From NCBI GenBank assembly GCA_965203295.1, contig CBDBCZ010000017.1, forward strand, positions 2,016,001-2,080,000: a stretch of DNA of 64,000 nucleotides. The letters run 5' to 3'. The position numbers and the translations under genes are program-made. The stretch comes from Nitrospirales bacterium (lineage in GTDB: Bacteria; Nitrospirota; Nitrospiria; Nitrospirales; UBA8639). The notes under the pieces were generated by a model, which had not been told where the DNA came from, ran no database searches, and saw only the letters and a list, made by a program, of their open reading frames with translations. This document shows positions 22,720 through 64,000 of the stretch, piece after piece. The stretch's first letter is position 1, and every line of letters begins with the position of its first letter.

Positions 22720-25700
22720 ATGCCTCTCACTCCTGAACTTCAAGCTCGGCTGATGAAGAGAGGGCTCATGAAGAAGAACGGTTAGTTTACCACGTTACCT
22801 AGTCCAAAAATGATGACAGCAATATTCATCAGTGGAGATATATTAGCCTCGTTCCCAGGCTCTCATCTAGGTTTTCGTCGCTTGCAGTCGACTGCAAGCT
22901 GGGGCCGAGGCTAAGATATTATACCAGATAGATTCCCTATTGTAATGGTACCTATGCTATGCACAGGGCTGGGGAATCAGAGTCTTGACCATATTTTCCA
23001 AAATTTAGGCTATACAGTTGTCAGGGATCCATAGTAGACTGAGGGTGGTATGATGGTTGGCCCAAAGATGACGCTTGTTTACTCATACATCCTGACAACT
23101 ACAATAGAGAGTTTTCATTGGCAGCATCTTACGTCACGCGCATGTAGCAACTGTTGCCAGGGCGCCATTTTGGCAGCAGACGTACATAGCCATACGCATA
23201 AAGACCGGAAGTTACTCTCGTAGTCTAGGTGGCAGATTCACTCGATCTGTCCCGCCTGAAAATTGACTTACAGCGATAGTTGAGATACTGAACGCGTAAG
23301 TTCCCAGTAGCTCTTGTTTCTGAGATCGCTGTATAACGTACCAATCTAGTCGCCCACGCATGGTGGACAAGAACGGGCATAAACGGAACGTGACACGGAG
23401 ATATTGCAGGAGCACGTGATCTGTGACGACACATGCAAACTCTCTATTATTATTGTGCCCTTGGATCTGAAATCAACTAATGTAGTCATACTGAATAACT
23501 AGCATAGTCTCATTACCACCACTCTGAACAACAGTGTTTTACTTTGGAGCATTGAGATCAAGTATAGGATAGACCACATCACAGTGGAGGATATGCGCCT
23601 ATATATCCTCCGCGGATGTGGTTTTACCCGAGGTGCAGCCAAGGGATAAAACTGTATCCAAGGAGGATATTTTGGGCACATATCCTCCGCTGGGGCATGG
23701 TCTGTCTGACTTATCCCACTACTGCGCATGTGCGTAACTATCGTGAAGTAGCCGGAGGATATGTTACTAATATGTGACTAAGGAAGTACAGAACTGTAGG
23801 ATATGCGCCTATATATCCCACTGCTCTCGTCCAATGAAATGTATTAGAAATGATGTAATGTGGGAAAAGAGTTCGTAATAATAGGAAGAGAAAATCAGAC
23901 TTCCTAATGTCTTTTGAAAGTCTGTCACAAGTTTGCCCCCCAAAGAATGGTTCCCCGTGGTCCATATATTTGCCCCCCCTTCTTTCAGTGCCATGTTATA
24001 TGGTTACCCTCTGAAAGTATTGTTCCCCCTATATCTAGTTCTGTTACAGAACATGTACAGTACAAAGTCAGAGTCATTGATTTCGAATCTGTAGTAAGCT
24101 CCCAACTATGTGTTGACTTGCTGGTCTATCACATAGCCTGAGTGCATAGTTTTACCAAGGAGAGGTTATTACAGATTCCAGGTTAGCAGAGGCTTCTTGT
24201 AAACAGAAGCATTGGCGTCTGACGGTGTAATAGTGCAGCATGGCCCCCACTTGAAATGTCCCCCCTGGCAGTCTGCCCTAGTGCAGAATGTCCCCGGGGA
24301 CATCCTGCACTAGGGCAGACTGTCCCCTCTTAGTGCACAGTGTCCCCCCTCCCTAGTTTAGCATGGAACTGTTCATGCATATTATATGTACCTACATGTA
24401 TAATACTTGAATTTTTTCGCTACAACAATAATGAATAATAATTACATTCAGCAATTTTTTACAATGTAGGCACAACCATTTACATTTAAGAACTACATGT
24501 AGAAGTCTCTATCAGAGACATACCTTGCGCAATATTTTTACAAATTTGACCCTAGACTCCAGATTCGCCTGGCCTGGTGGAGCAGCTAGCTGTGTTGAAT
24601 AAGAGAGAGATTACTGTTGGGTTTAGCAATAGCTTAACTCTGTTAATCACGAGATAGTCCTGGACAGACAGGCAGATGCTTAAGCTTAGCCGCGCCGCAT
24701 ACGTGCGTGGTAACAAAGTATATAGCTACTTTGGGTCGATTTGAACACATGAGTGAGCATGGTACCACTCCTTGCAACGTGAACACTCAATTCACTTGAT
24801 TTGTGCCTGTTCGGGTATCCTGCAGTTACGTTGATATCGACATGGTACGCTCATGCGTGAGGCGGGGACGTAGGCGATACGGGGGGACATTGTGCATCCT
24901 GCCCCCCTGAACATTGTGCCCGAGGGCAGGATGTCTGGGGGGACATTCTGCACGGGGGAACATCCTGCACTCCGACAATGGCATGACATCCATTGTGAAC
25001 TTGAACTCTTTTTTGTCAAGATACCTGCTGTTTTGATGACTCGCTGATCTTTTAATTGCCATCCACCACCATCTCCAGAGTTTGACAGCAAGTGATGGAC
25101 AAATAGCAGCTGTTGGTGCGCAGGTAGCAGGAGCATATGAACCACCCGAGCGCTCAAAAACTCCTGCACATACGCATGCAAAATGTTTTTTTTCAAGGGT
25201 GGTTTGAATATTACACTGCAAACCCTACTCTTTTGTTCCAGGGGGAACTTTTTTTAAACTGGGTCCAGATGAGTCATGCTCCAAAGCTTTACTAGAGTGT
25301 CCCACCACAGAAGAAATGTTGAATGGACACTGCTAGGCCTGTTCTTAGGATAAACAGCCTATGTGTTGAATTAAACTGTCAGCACTCCCAGTGTTGGAGG
25401 ACCAGGTGTCCCCCCGACACAACCCTCTTTACAGCCATGCGGCTTAACCAGCACTGGATACTGCAATAAAGATTTTCATGCGGAGGATGGTGTGTACGTG
25501 CAGGTGGTACTAGCAAGTGTTAATAGGAATTGGCAGCAGCTGCCCTGTACCCTATACGTAGATATTGTTCACAGCATTAATGTGCATTCTGTGCAAAACC
25601 AGAGCTGCGTGGCTGTTCTGCTTCTTCACTTTGTTGCGCAGTGCATCCTGCATCCCTGTTCTAATATTTGATTCATCGACTTCTGAGAAAGTGTTGTGTG

Positions 25701-28700
25701 CAAAGATATATTCTATTCCCATAATTGTCCCCCCAGACACGTGGTCCTAGGACAGCTGGGCCTACGACCACATGTCCCCACCCTGGACCAGCTGTCCCCC
25801 CACATTTAGTTTTTATCATATCACCTGATGTTTTACGGGGACATGCTGTCTGTGACACCAGTCCTAGACTATAGTGTTCACTGTTTGTTCCAGTGCGTGA
25901 CCATGCATGTACCTCTTGTTTACACAGCAGCTTCAGTCAGTATGTTGGAATGATACAGAGTATTAAAATCCACTAAGGCAGCAGCTGTTATCTACTGCTG
26001 AAATTTTAGGGTGCACTGTGTACATGTACATAGGTAGCTACCGTTGGTGGGAAACCTGATAACTTTACATTCAGGAGCTGAGGGATAGATAGTTTTCCCT
26101 TCTGAATGGCTCAGTTCCAGAATGGTTTGCATGACTGCTTCACATGGTATTAGAGGGGAGCTATAAGCCAGCCTGTACTTGTGTGTTCAGCCCTAATAGT
26201 ATTTCTCTGCACGTTAGAAGCATGTATGTTGCTGCCTTTGCAGATCCTAAAGATGAAATGAAGAAAGGTGTCCCTGATTGTCCCAACAAAAGCAACCCCT
26301 ATCATGAGTGTACTGAATACTGTGTCACCAGATGGGGAAGTAAGAATGTTAAGGTACAGATTTTTCACTATTGCATATCGAAGGCAAGTATTGTGTGATT
26401 AAGTAATAAGGTAATTTCGTACATTGCACATTCAGTTTTTGAGATATTGTGTTGAATATTATTACGTGAGAACAGCTCAGTCCTAGTCTTCGCAATTCTA
26501 AATTTGAAGCAACTGGTTGGGTTGGAATCGAGAGAAAAAATAATTGGGGCGAGCCGGAGCAAGCCCCAATCCTAGTAAACCGAATTTCAATTTCTGTGCA
26601 TCTGTGCATTTGTACGTGTTGCATGGTCCATATGCTCAAATTATTTTAACGTTAAACCTTACGCGTGTCAGGAGTGTAATATTTTCGAGCGGCCGACCGC
26701 GCACGCTTAGTCGTACCATAGATAGTAGAGTCCATGTACGGGATTGGAAACGCGGTGTACTTCCGGTACCAAGCGTGCTTTGCATGACGTATTGTGTAAC
26801 TGTATCAACCTATCTCTGCCAAGTAGTATACAAACCTTAATGATTTTTAACCTGCACTCAATTGTTTTACATGTACAACCACTATAATATTTGAGCACTG
26901 CTGTTAATTGACAACTACGGTCACCAAGCATATCTATACCATGCTCCGGCTCGCTCCCTCAGTGATCTTCATTATATTTTTAGCATGTCTGTAGCTTTAC
27001 AAGGAGTCAAAATTACTGATCTGTAGTTATGAGGAGATTCTGCAGGTTGAATGAGAGCCTGGGATAGAACCCAACAAACTAAACGGTTACACAATACATA
27101 AACCTCACCAGCTTTTGATCTTTAATTACGTGTAAGTGCTTGTAACTTTTGGACTCTAGGTTTGTGTGATTGGTTGTATGTAGTGAACCAGTCTGATGAT
27201 TATGTGGAATGTACATTATATTATGTAATCATTTCTCCCCTAATTAGAGTGCTTCCAAGGAAGTATTGGTGCTACCACCAAACTGGAAAAAAGTAAACGA
27301 TGAAAAGACGTAAGTTTGCCAAAACCTAAACATTACAAGTGCATGTAGATGCATGTGTGATGGCATAATTAATATTCCTGCACACCACATCAATACAGCG
27401 ACAGCGAAAATTTGTTCCAAACTGTCCATCCATGCCGAAGGGGAATCGGGTGGCCTATACCCATTGCAGATCAACATCTTTCTCCTCCTAATCCTTGCCT
27501 CTAACCATAATGCCTCAATATCCCGATCTGGATAGTTATGTGTATGGCCTGGATTGTTAAGACTATGGTTGTTGGTTAGGCGCATGATAAGGCGATGCAC
27601 CATAGCAAAGTGTGGTGAAAAGGGCATGCAAATGGCCATGTGTCTTTCAGTCACAGTTATAACCCATGCAGTGTTTGACCATAACATGAATGAAGCTTCA
27701 CATTGTCTAAGAGTGGCTTGTTCTCCATTGAGCAGTACAACTGAGATGGTACGAGAGCACTTCCTGATAGAAATTATTTCTCCTTGTGCTTTGAACGACT
27801 GTGTAATTACATTTACTTAAATGCTGCCTGATTACCTCCTTTGTTTCTAATCCCACCTGTAGTTACACCCCTGTTTTGTGTTGTCTCATGGTTCGTGTAT
27901 TAATTGGGAGCCATGTGGCAGCTGCAAGAAAAAGTCAGGTCCGGGATAGCTACATAAAAATAATCTTGAAGGCAAAAAAGGGTAACTTGGGAATGCATTG
28001 ACTCAGGCTGACCACCACATTGGCCTAATGTGCCATGCGTGACACAGTCTACATTCTCTAATGATGAAACATACCTTTTGGAATAGTGAGCCTCACTATT
28101 CCAAAAGGTACCATTGAGGCATTGAGGCAGAGGAGGCAGTTGCTTCCGGGAAGCAACTGCCTCCTCTGCCTCAATGGTATGTAGTTATAGAGTAGGGTGT
28201 ATTATTACCGTGCGTATGCGCAAGCGGGGTTAAGTAATCGGTTTTGTCCGTCTGTCGTCGTCGTCGTCGTCGTTGTTGTCTGTCATAAATTTTTTTGAAA
28301 AATCTCTCAAACGGGCGATTTAGAGGCTATAACGACGGAACAGAAGGTTAATGCTGAAATCCGTGATACACTAGCCTGTCTGTACCTGATATAGTAGAAA
28401 GCCGTTTTATTCTTGGCATTTCCACGCTGTTTCTGATTATCGGTGTGTTCCACCATTTTTTTAATACGGCAAGTGGTCACGCCTTTTTTAATACGGCAGT
28501 TGGTCACGCCTACAGTTTGAGTCTTTTATTCAACATGGAGGATACTGGAGTATACGAAGAGAAACACATTTATCATTACTACGGCGATCAGCCACGCCTA
28601 CAGCTCGTATATGGTATTACAGTCTGCAGGGTCCAGGAGCGCGGGGTATGTCTCTGCTAGAGACGTCTAGTTGGGTAGTTAATGCAGCTGCAAAAATGTG

Positions 28701-30924
28701 ATAGATGTACATGCAGAAGTTTATATAAGTAGTGTAGTTTAATGCTGGACAATATTGTGCATTGTTCAACAGTGTGGGGTTGCTCAGGCTCACACCAATT
28801 GATTTGCAACATCAGTATAGAACCCATGTACATGTACAATTGATTCTGAATCAGTAGTGATAGCACTGCTTTTTAATTTTTTTTAGGAATTACCCATACT
28901 TCTGGAACACCAAGACTGGTGAAGTTTCTTGGTACCCTCCCCCTGGAAGTACGTTGCTATGTATCATGTAGTTTAATGCATGTACAAGGCATAGTGTATT
29001 CCCTTCTTGAGAACTGTACAGGTTCCATATTTGTTTACTAATGTTCGTGTACATGTACATGTATGTAGCTACAGCACATGATGGAGGAAAGAAGGATACG
29101 AAACCGGTATGAACAATTTGTGTGTATACTATGCTTGCAGTTTCTTCTCACTGAACCTCCCTAAATGTACTTCCCACCAGTTGTCAGTGGGAGATGTGGA
29201 GGTGTGGGAGAGTAAACCGGCTTTGATTGAGAAACCTAAAAAGGAGAAACCGAGGCATGCACCTTACCCTAAACCAGAGAGAAAGCAAAGTGAGTCCTGT
29301 GAAATTACTGTAAGCTGTTTTCTTCACACCATATTCCTAGCTCATTTACCATTGCGTAAAAGCAGTGATTGGTTGGGCGAGCGTGAGCGAGCCCCACACT
29401 AGTGTGTTCAATTGAGAATTTGTTTGTGCGTACGTGCGTGCGTGCGTGTGTACGCACATACCGCATATCGTCTCCGAGTTTCAATATCCAGAAGAGCTGC
29501 TGAGGGTGCGTCGCCGCTAACGTACGCATGGGCTAATACCTCGCTCACGCTCGCCCCACAGTGCTTTGCATTCACCTAGTTTACAGGTGTGCATAAGAAC
29601 CTGATATCATGTAGGTGTCCATCTGTTACTTGGCTCTGGAGTTATGGCCTGTTTTCAGACTTATACCACATTACATCATCTACAATAAAAATGATTGGCT
29701 AATAAGTATGGGTTACATAGTTTCATAACCCACACTTTTATCAGTTCACTACGTTGCTACGCAGCGAAGATTGTACGCATGCGCAACGTGGTATAAGTCA
29801 GATAGACCACACCCACTCGTGTGTTATGCGCTATAGCCCACTTGTTTTCATTTATCCCTCGGCTTCGCCTCGGGATAACCGCAAACTCGTGGGTTACATA
29901 GGCGCATAACCCACTCTTTGGTGTAGTCTATCCTATACATATACACTTGGACAGTACTTCTGTCTGGATGGTAGAGATACACTGTAGCAGTCGTCTGTAG
30001 TCATGCATGCTGTGGAGATGAGACATTATTTCAGAGTGGTACAGCATGGTCCTATGGACGTTCTATTACCTCTTGTGACAGTGTTGGCAGCTGACCAACG
30101 ATTCTGTATGTAATTGTGGTTTAGCTCCAGAGTGAAGTACTGAATGAGCACCGACGTAACTCACAGTGCGATTGAGCCATAGTAGTGATAGGTCTCACCC
30201 ATTTCTGAAAATTTGGTACGATGACTTAACCCCTACCGGTATGTGTATACGTGTAATTCACATTATGTTGTAGCTATAAATTAATTTGACATTATATTTG
30301 TGTTTATTAGGGCCGAAACGAAAGGATGCCGATGATTTGGATCCAATGGATCCAGCTGCTTACTCAGATACACCCAGGTTAGAAAAACATCTCATCTCTC
30401 CCCCTGACCCTCTCCAGCATTTCTCGCACCATGTGCTACGCATTGCACGCTCGGACATGTCAATTTGAGGCACTGTGGTAGAGCAACGTGAATCGAATCC
30501 ACTATTTCATGAATTGGTTGTAGGAATACACAGCTGTACAGATAAAATATTCAACAATGTAATGCCCTCACATTTACTACATAGCTTGTCTCTGCTGTTT
30601 AGGAAACCCCTTGGCTCTTCTGTCCTGGAGTGGCTGTTTGCTGAAACTAGGCATTGTTTCCCCCAAAATTATGAACTAGCAGCAGAATCTTTTCTTACAA
30701 AAATGAACATTGTTTTTCAGTCTTGTAATCTAATGACCACCTTTTCTTGTAATCTTTTTTTTACATGTAGAGGCTCATGGTCTACAGGGTTAGAAAAACG
30801 TGGTGAGGCCAAGACTGGAGTTGATACCACTGCCAATGGTCCTCTCTTCCAAATGAGACCATATCCTAGTCCAGGAGACATTCTTAGAGCAAACAAGAAA
30901 CTTGAAGAAGCACCAAGTAGCTAA
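22720..30924 (+). CDS. PQBP1: Polyglutamine-binding protein 1 orthologue, ~220 aa. Exons 22720-22780, 26244-26353, 27248-27309, 28887-28948, 29069(or 29075)-29106, 29181-29289, 30311-30377, 30771-30924
   Basis: Phase-consistent GT-AG exons encode [18 protein letters not shown] (PQBP1 N-terminus), [15 protein letters not shown], the WW domain [31 protein letters not shown], and the diagnostic C-terminus [52 protein letters not shown]. Confidence 0.93.
23104..23447. mobile_element. MITE with ATAGAGAGTTT..AAACTCTCTAT termini (possibly Harbinger/ISL2EU-type)
   Basis: 11-bp inverted termini around a CpG-rich interior; the superfamily is a guess. Confidence 0.55.
23563..23870 (+). mobile_element. 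Crypton-like non-autonomous element (TATAGGATAG start)
   Basis: Starts TATAGGATAGAC and contains the CCCGAGGTGCAGCCAAGGG hairpin variant; 23786-23860 resembles 37511-37589. Confidence 0.5.
24222..24981. mobile_element. DNA-transposon relic with GGGGACAT/ATGTCCCC subterminal repeat arrays at both ends
   Basis: Left end CGGTGTAATAGTGCAGCATG..ATGTCCCC repeats; right end GGGGACA..CATCCTGCACT..ACAATGG. A related relic lies at ~25388-25861. No TSD is readable. Confidence 0.55.
26543..26980 (+). mobile_element. Helentron/HINE-like non-autonomous element
   Basis: 5' TTGGGGCGAGCCGGAGC plus local IR AAGCCCCAA; 3' sub-TIR GCTCCGGCTCGC followed by a T-rich end. Confidence 0.6.
27410..27960 (-). mobile_element. 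LINE (CR1/L2-group) APE-endonuclease fragment
   Basis: [32 protein letters not shown] matches the E-x-LW..LI-x-x-x-YRPP signature of LINE endonucleases. Confidence 0.7.
28072..28176. repeat. Two adjacent perfect palindromes (19+1+19 and 28+1+28 bp)
   Basis: TACCTTTTGGAATAGTGAG-C-CTCACTATTCCAAAAGGTA (28072-28110) and CATTGAGGCAGAGGAGGCAGTTGCTTCC-G-GGAAGCAACTGCCTCCTCTGCCTCAATG (28120-28176). Confidence 0.9.
28205..28672 (+). mobile_element. Helentron/HINE-like element with (GTC)n microsatellite
   Basis: 5' TTACCG..GCGGGGTTAA hairpin, GTCCGTCTGTC(GTC)n tract, 3' sub-TIR GCGCGGGGTA and terminal hairpin CTAGAGACGTCTAG-TT. Confidence 0.7.
29373..29582 (+). mobile_element. Helentron/HINE-like element with (CGTG)n tract
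   Basis: 5' TGGGCGAGCGTGAGC plus IR GAGCCCCA; (GCGT)n; 3' sub-TIR GCTCACGCTCGCCCCA; ends CTAGTTT. Confidence 0.65.
29710..29937 (-). mobile_element. Crypton-like non-autonomous element, inverted copy of 33017-33233
   Basis: Reverse complement reads TATAGGATAGACTACACC..GTGGGTTATGCGCCTATGTAACCCAC..CCCGAGGCGAAGCCGAGGG... Confidence 0.7.
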
Positions 30925-32067
30925 CATTATACTGACCTTTGCTGTCTCTCATTTCTGTGCTCATATAGCTGTAGCAGTGCAGGTTCAATGAGTGAAAAGT
31001 ACTGCAGTTATCACTGATGTGTCTGACATGTTTCAACAGATGTGCAGTGATTGAGACAGCAATCATTGTTGAAGTGGACAGAAATGGTCCCTTTTCTCAC
31101 TGTGGTCTCTTTAATGTCCGTTCAAGATTTATAGCACTCCACCCTCAGCTAGCGCATAATTTGATTCTGTGCTTCAGCTTATGCTTCTAAAATCAATTAC
31201 AGTGGATTCCCCCCTGGACTTTAGTGGTAGCTCATTACTATTATGATGAAATCGGGTGCATAAACTTACTGTATATACTGCAGCATTGATCGGGTATCTC
31301 TCAACATAGCTCTATTTATAACCAAGATGTTTATTGCATGTGCCGTAAACAATTAATTCTGCTTCCTCTGACGTGGTGCTTGGGGAAGAAATATACACTA
31401 ATAATACTAGCTCAAAATGAATGTTCCTTTAGTATAAACTGCCCTGCCCAAATGGATTCTTTTTATGGAGTGGCATTGGTCTGCTAGTATGTGGATGTGT
31501 TAGGGGAAGGGTTAGGATAGGGTAGGGTCAACTGTTGCGTTTAGAGCTAGCAACTTAGCTTCATTCCCAGGCCCGCGCCATTTTCGGTTACACTAGAAAT
31601 CACGGGCCTGGGAATGAGGAGCAACTATCATTCTCAGATACAAAGGAAGCTAGAGTTTAATAATATTATAGAATGCCAAATGATTGAGAACAATGATCCC
31701 CTTCCAATCAAAATTCTTCATAATTAATGACCAGAGAACTACATGTACCTGTTATTCCCTAAAGCGGCATTACCAGAATCAGACTCTATAAATGTCGTTA
31801 CTGATCATGATACGGCCGCTCATCTTAGCCAGTATCAGCATCTTTTGTGGGTGTATAATGTTAGTGATACCGACAACACCAACATACTGGCAGCTCCACC
31901 CTTCAATCATTACGATCGCGTCGTTATATAGAACTACATGTAGGGGACGTATAAACATGGCGGTTTAGTTACCACTATGGAGAACCAGGGCCGTGTAATG
32001 GCACGACATAGAACATAGCGGTAGGCTATATAGTGCTGGAAAACCCAGCTATTTTGGCACTCGGGAG

Positions 32068-63042
<30,975 letters not shown>

Positions 63043-63054
63043 GTCAGTTATGTA

Positions 63055-63539
63055 CCGTAAAGTACGTATTATCCGCCCATTGGCGGGCCACTTAAGTGCA
63101 AGCTGAAAGAGGGGGGTGGGCGGATGATACGTAGTTTTTATAAATGCGATGTAGTATCCGCCCACTCGAATGCATTTAAACGCGCGGTATGCAAAGCGAG
63201 TATACAATGTAAGTATAGCTTTTCTAGGCAAGTACCGCACCCAGTGAATGCAAATTGTATTGAACTACCTGATATAGAAGCGTGCAGACTACTATTATCT
63301 GCTAAAAAGCGAAGTGGCTGACAGACTTACTGTCGGTATTCCAATTAAAGCGCACTGAAGATGGAGTTTTGTCATTGATTCTGCTCGTTGTCTTGGAATT
63401 TTCAGTTGTTAGTTATATGTTTAGCTCGCATGGATGGTATTTAAGGGTGGGCGTACATAAATACCCTCCGACGTAACTTTGACTCAAAAAGGGGGATGGG
63501 CGGATAATACATCATGGGCGGATAATACGTAGTTTACGG
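63055..63539. mobile_element. TA-flanked MITE with CCGTAAA..CGTATTATCCGCCCAT TIRs
   Basis: TA|CCGTAAAGTACGTATTATCCGCCCAT...ATGGGCGGATAATACGTAGTTTACGG|TA, inserted 12 bp after a CRAMP1 exon. Confidence 0.82.
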
Positions 63540-64000
63540 TACAGTGTTTCAAGCAATGCTTAGCCTACTGATTCAAGTATATAATAATAGCACCAAATCA
63601 GCAATATGGAATCAGATCTCGAATGTCTAAGGATATATACCTTTAATGGTCTATTTGGCCTCATGTATATTAGCCATTTTACAAGTGAATTTGAGGGAAA
63701 GTCTAGTTGAGTTCATCACATGATGTTCAATTGTACTACGCACTTAGAAGTGGTCCACTTTAATATTTCTGCTAATGGCAGACTGGGAAAGAAGAAAGCT
63801 TCTTGCTCAATCTAACCGCATAGCTAGCTAACTTAGCTTGCCCTCTAAATAGTGGTATGAGTGAGGTTTGTAATTTAGGGGCTACTCACTTATTGGACTG
63901 GAGAGCATTTTATAATTTTAAACTATGTACATATATCACGCATCGCTTAAAGCCGAGCTCAGCGAGGCCAATAATCACGACCTATGGGCATCAGAATCTC

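Overview
Eukaryotic, intron-rich and transposon-littered animal DNA. The repeat landscape and frequent TACATGTA words suggest a marine invertebrate, possibly a sponge (inference only). I reconstructed four spliced genes by hand from exon phases: (1) the last four exons of a kinesin-14/KIFC3-like motor (+, 1796-6344, start outside the window); (2) a complete 8-exon glycosylasparaginase-type (AGA-like) Ntn-hydrolase on the - strand (22439->10873, ~299 aa), with no signal peptide and a 16-nt microexon, almost invisible in the ORF track; (3) a complete PQBP1 orthologue (+, 22720-30924, ~220 aa), head-to-head with (2), ATGs 280 bp apart; (4) a CRAMP1/cramped-like SANT protein (+, ~32068 to beyond the window) with a probable GC-AG intron. 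Introns hold pogo/Tc1-type TA MITEs, TAG-ended micro-MITEs with 9-bp TSDs, Helentron/HINE-like elements, Crypton-like elements, long foldback elements, decayed LINE and Penelope-like RTs, a decayed P-type transposase and two tiny P-like footprints. No prokaryotic system, CRISPR array, rRNA or tRNA was seen, and no clearly new multi-gene system could be established. Family assignments come from motif recall, not database searches.
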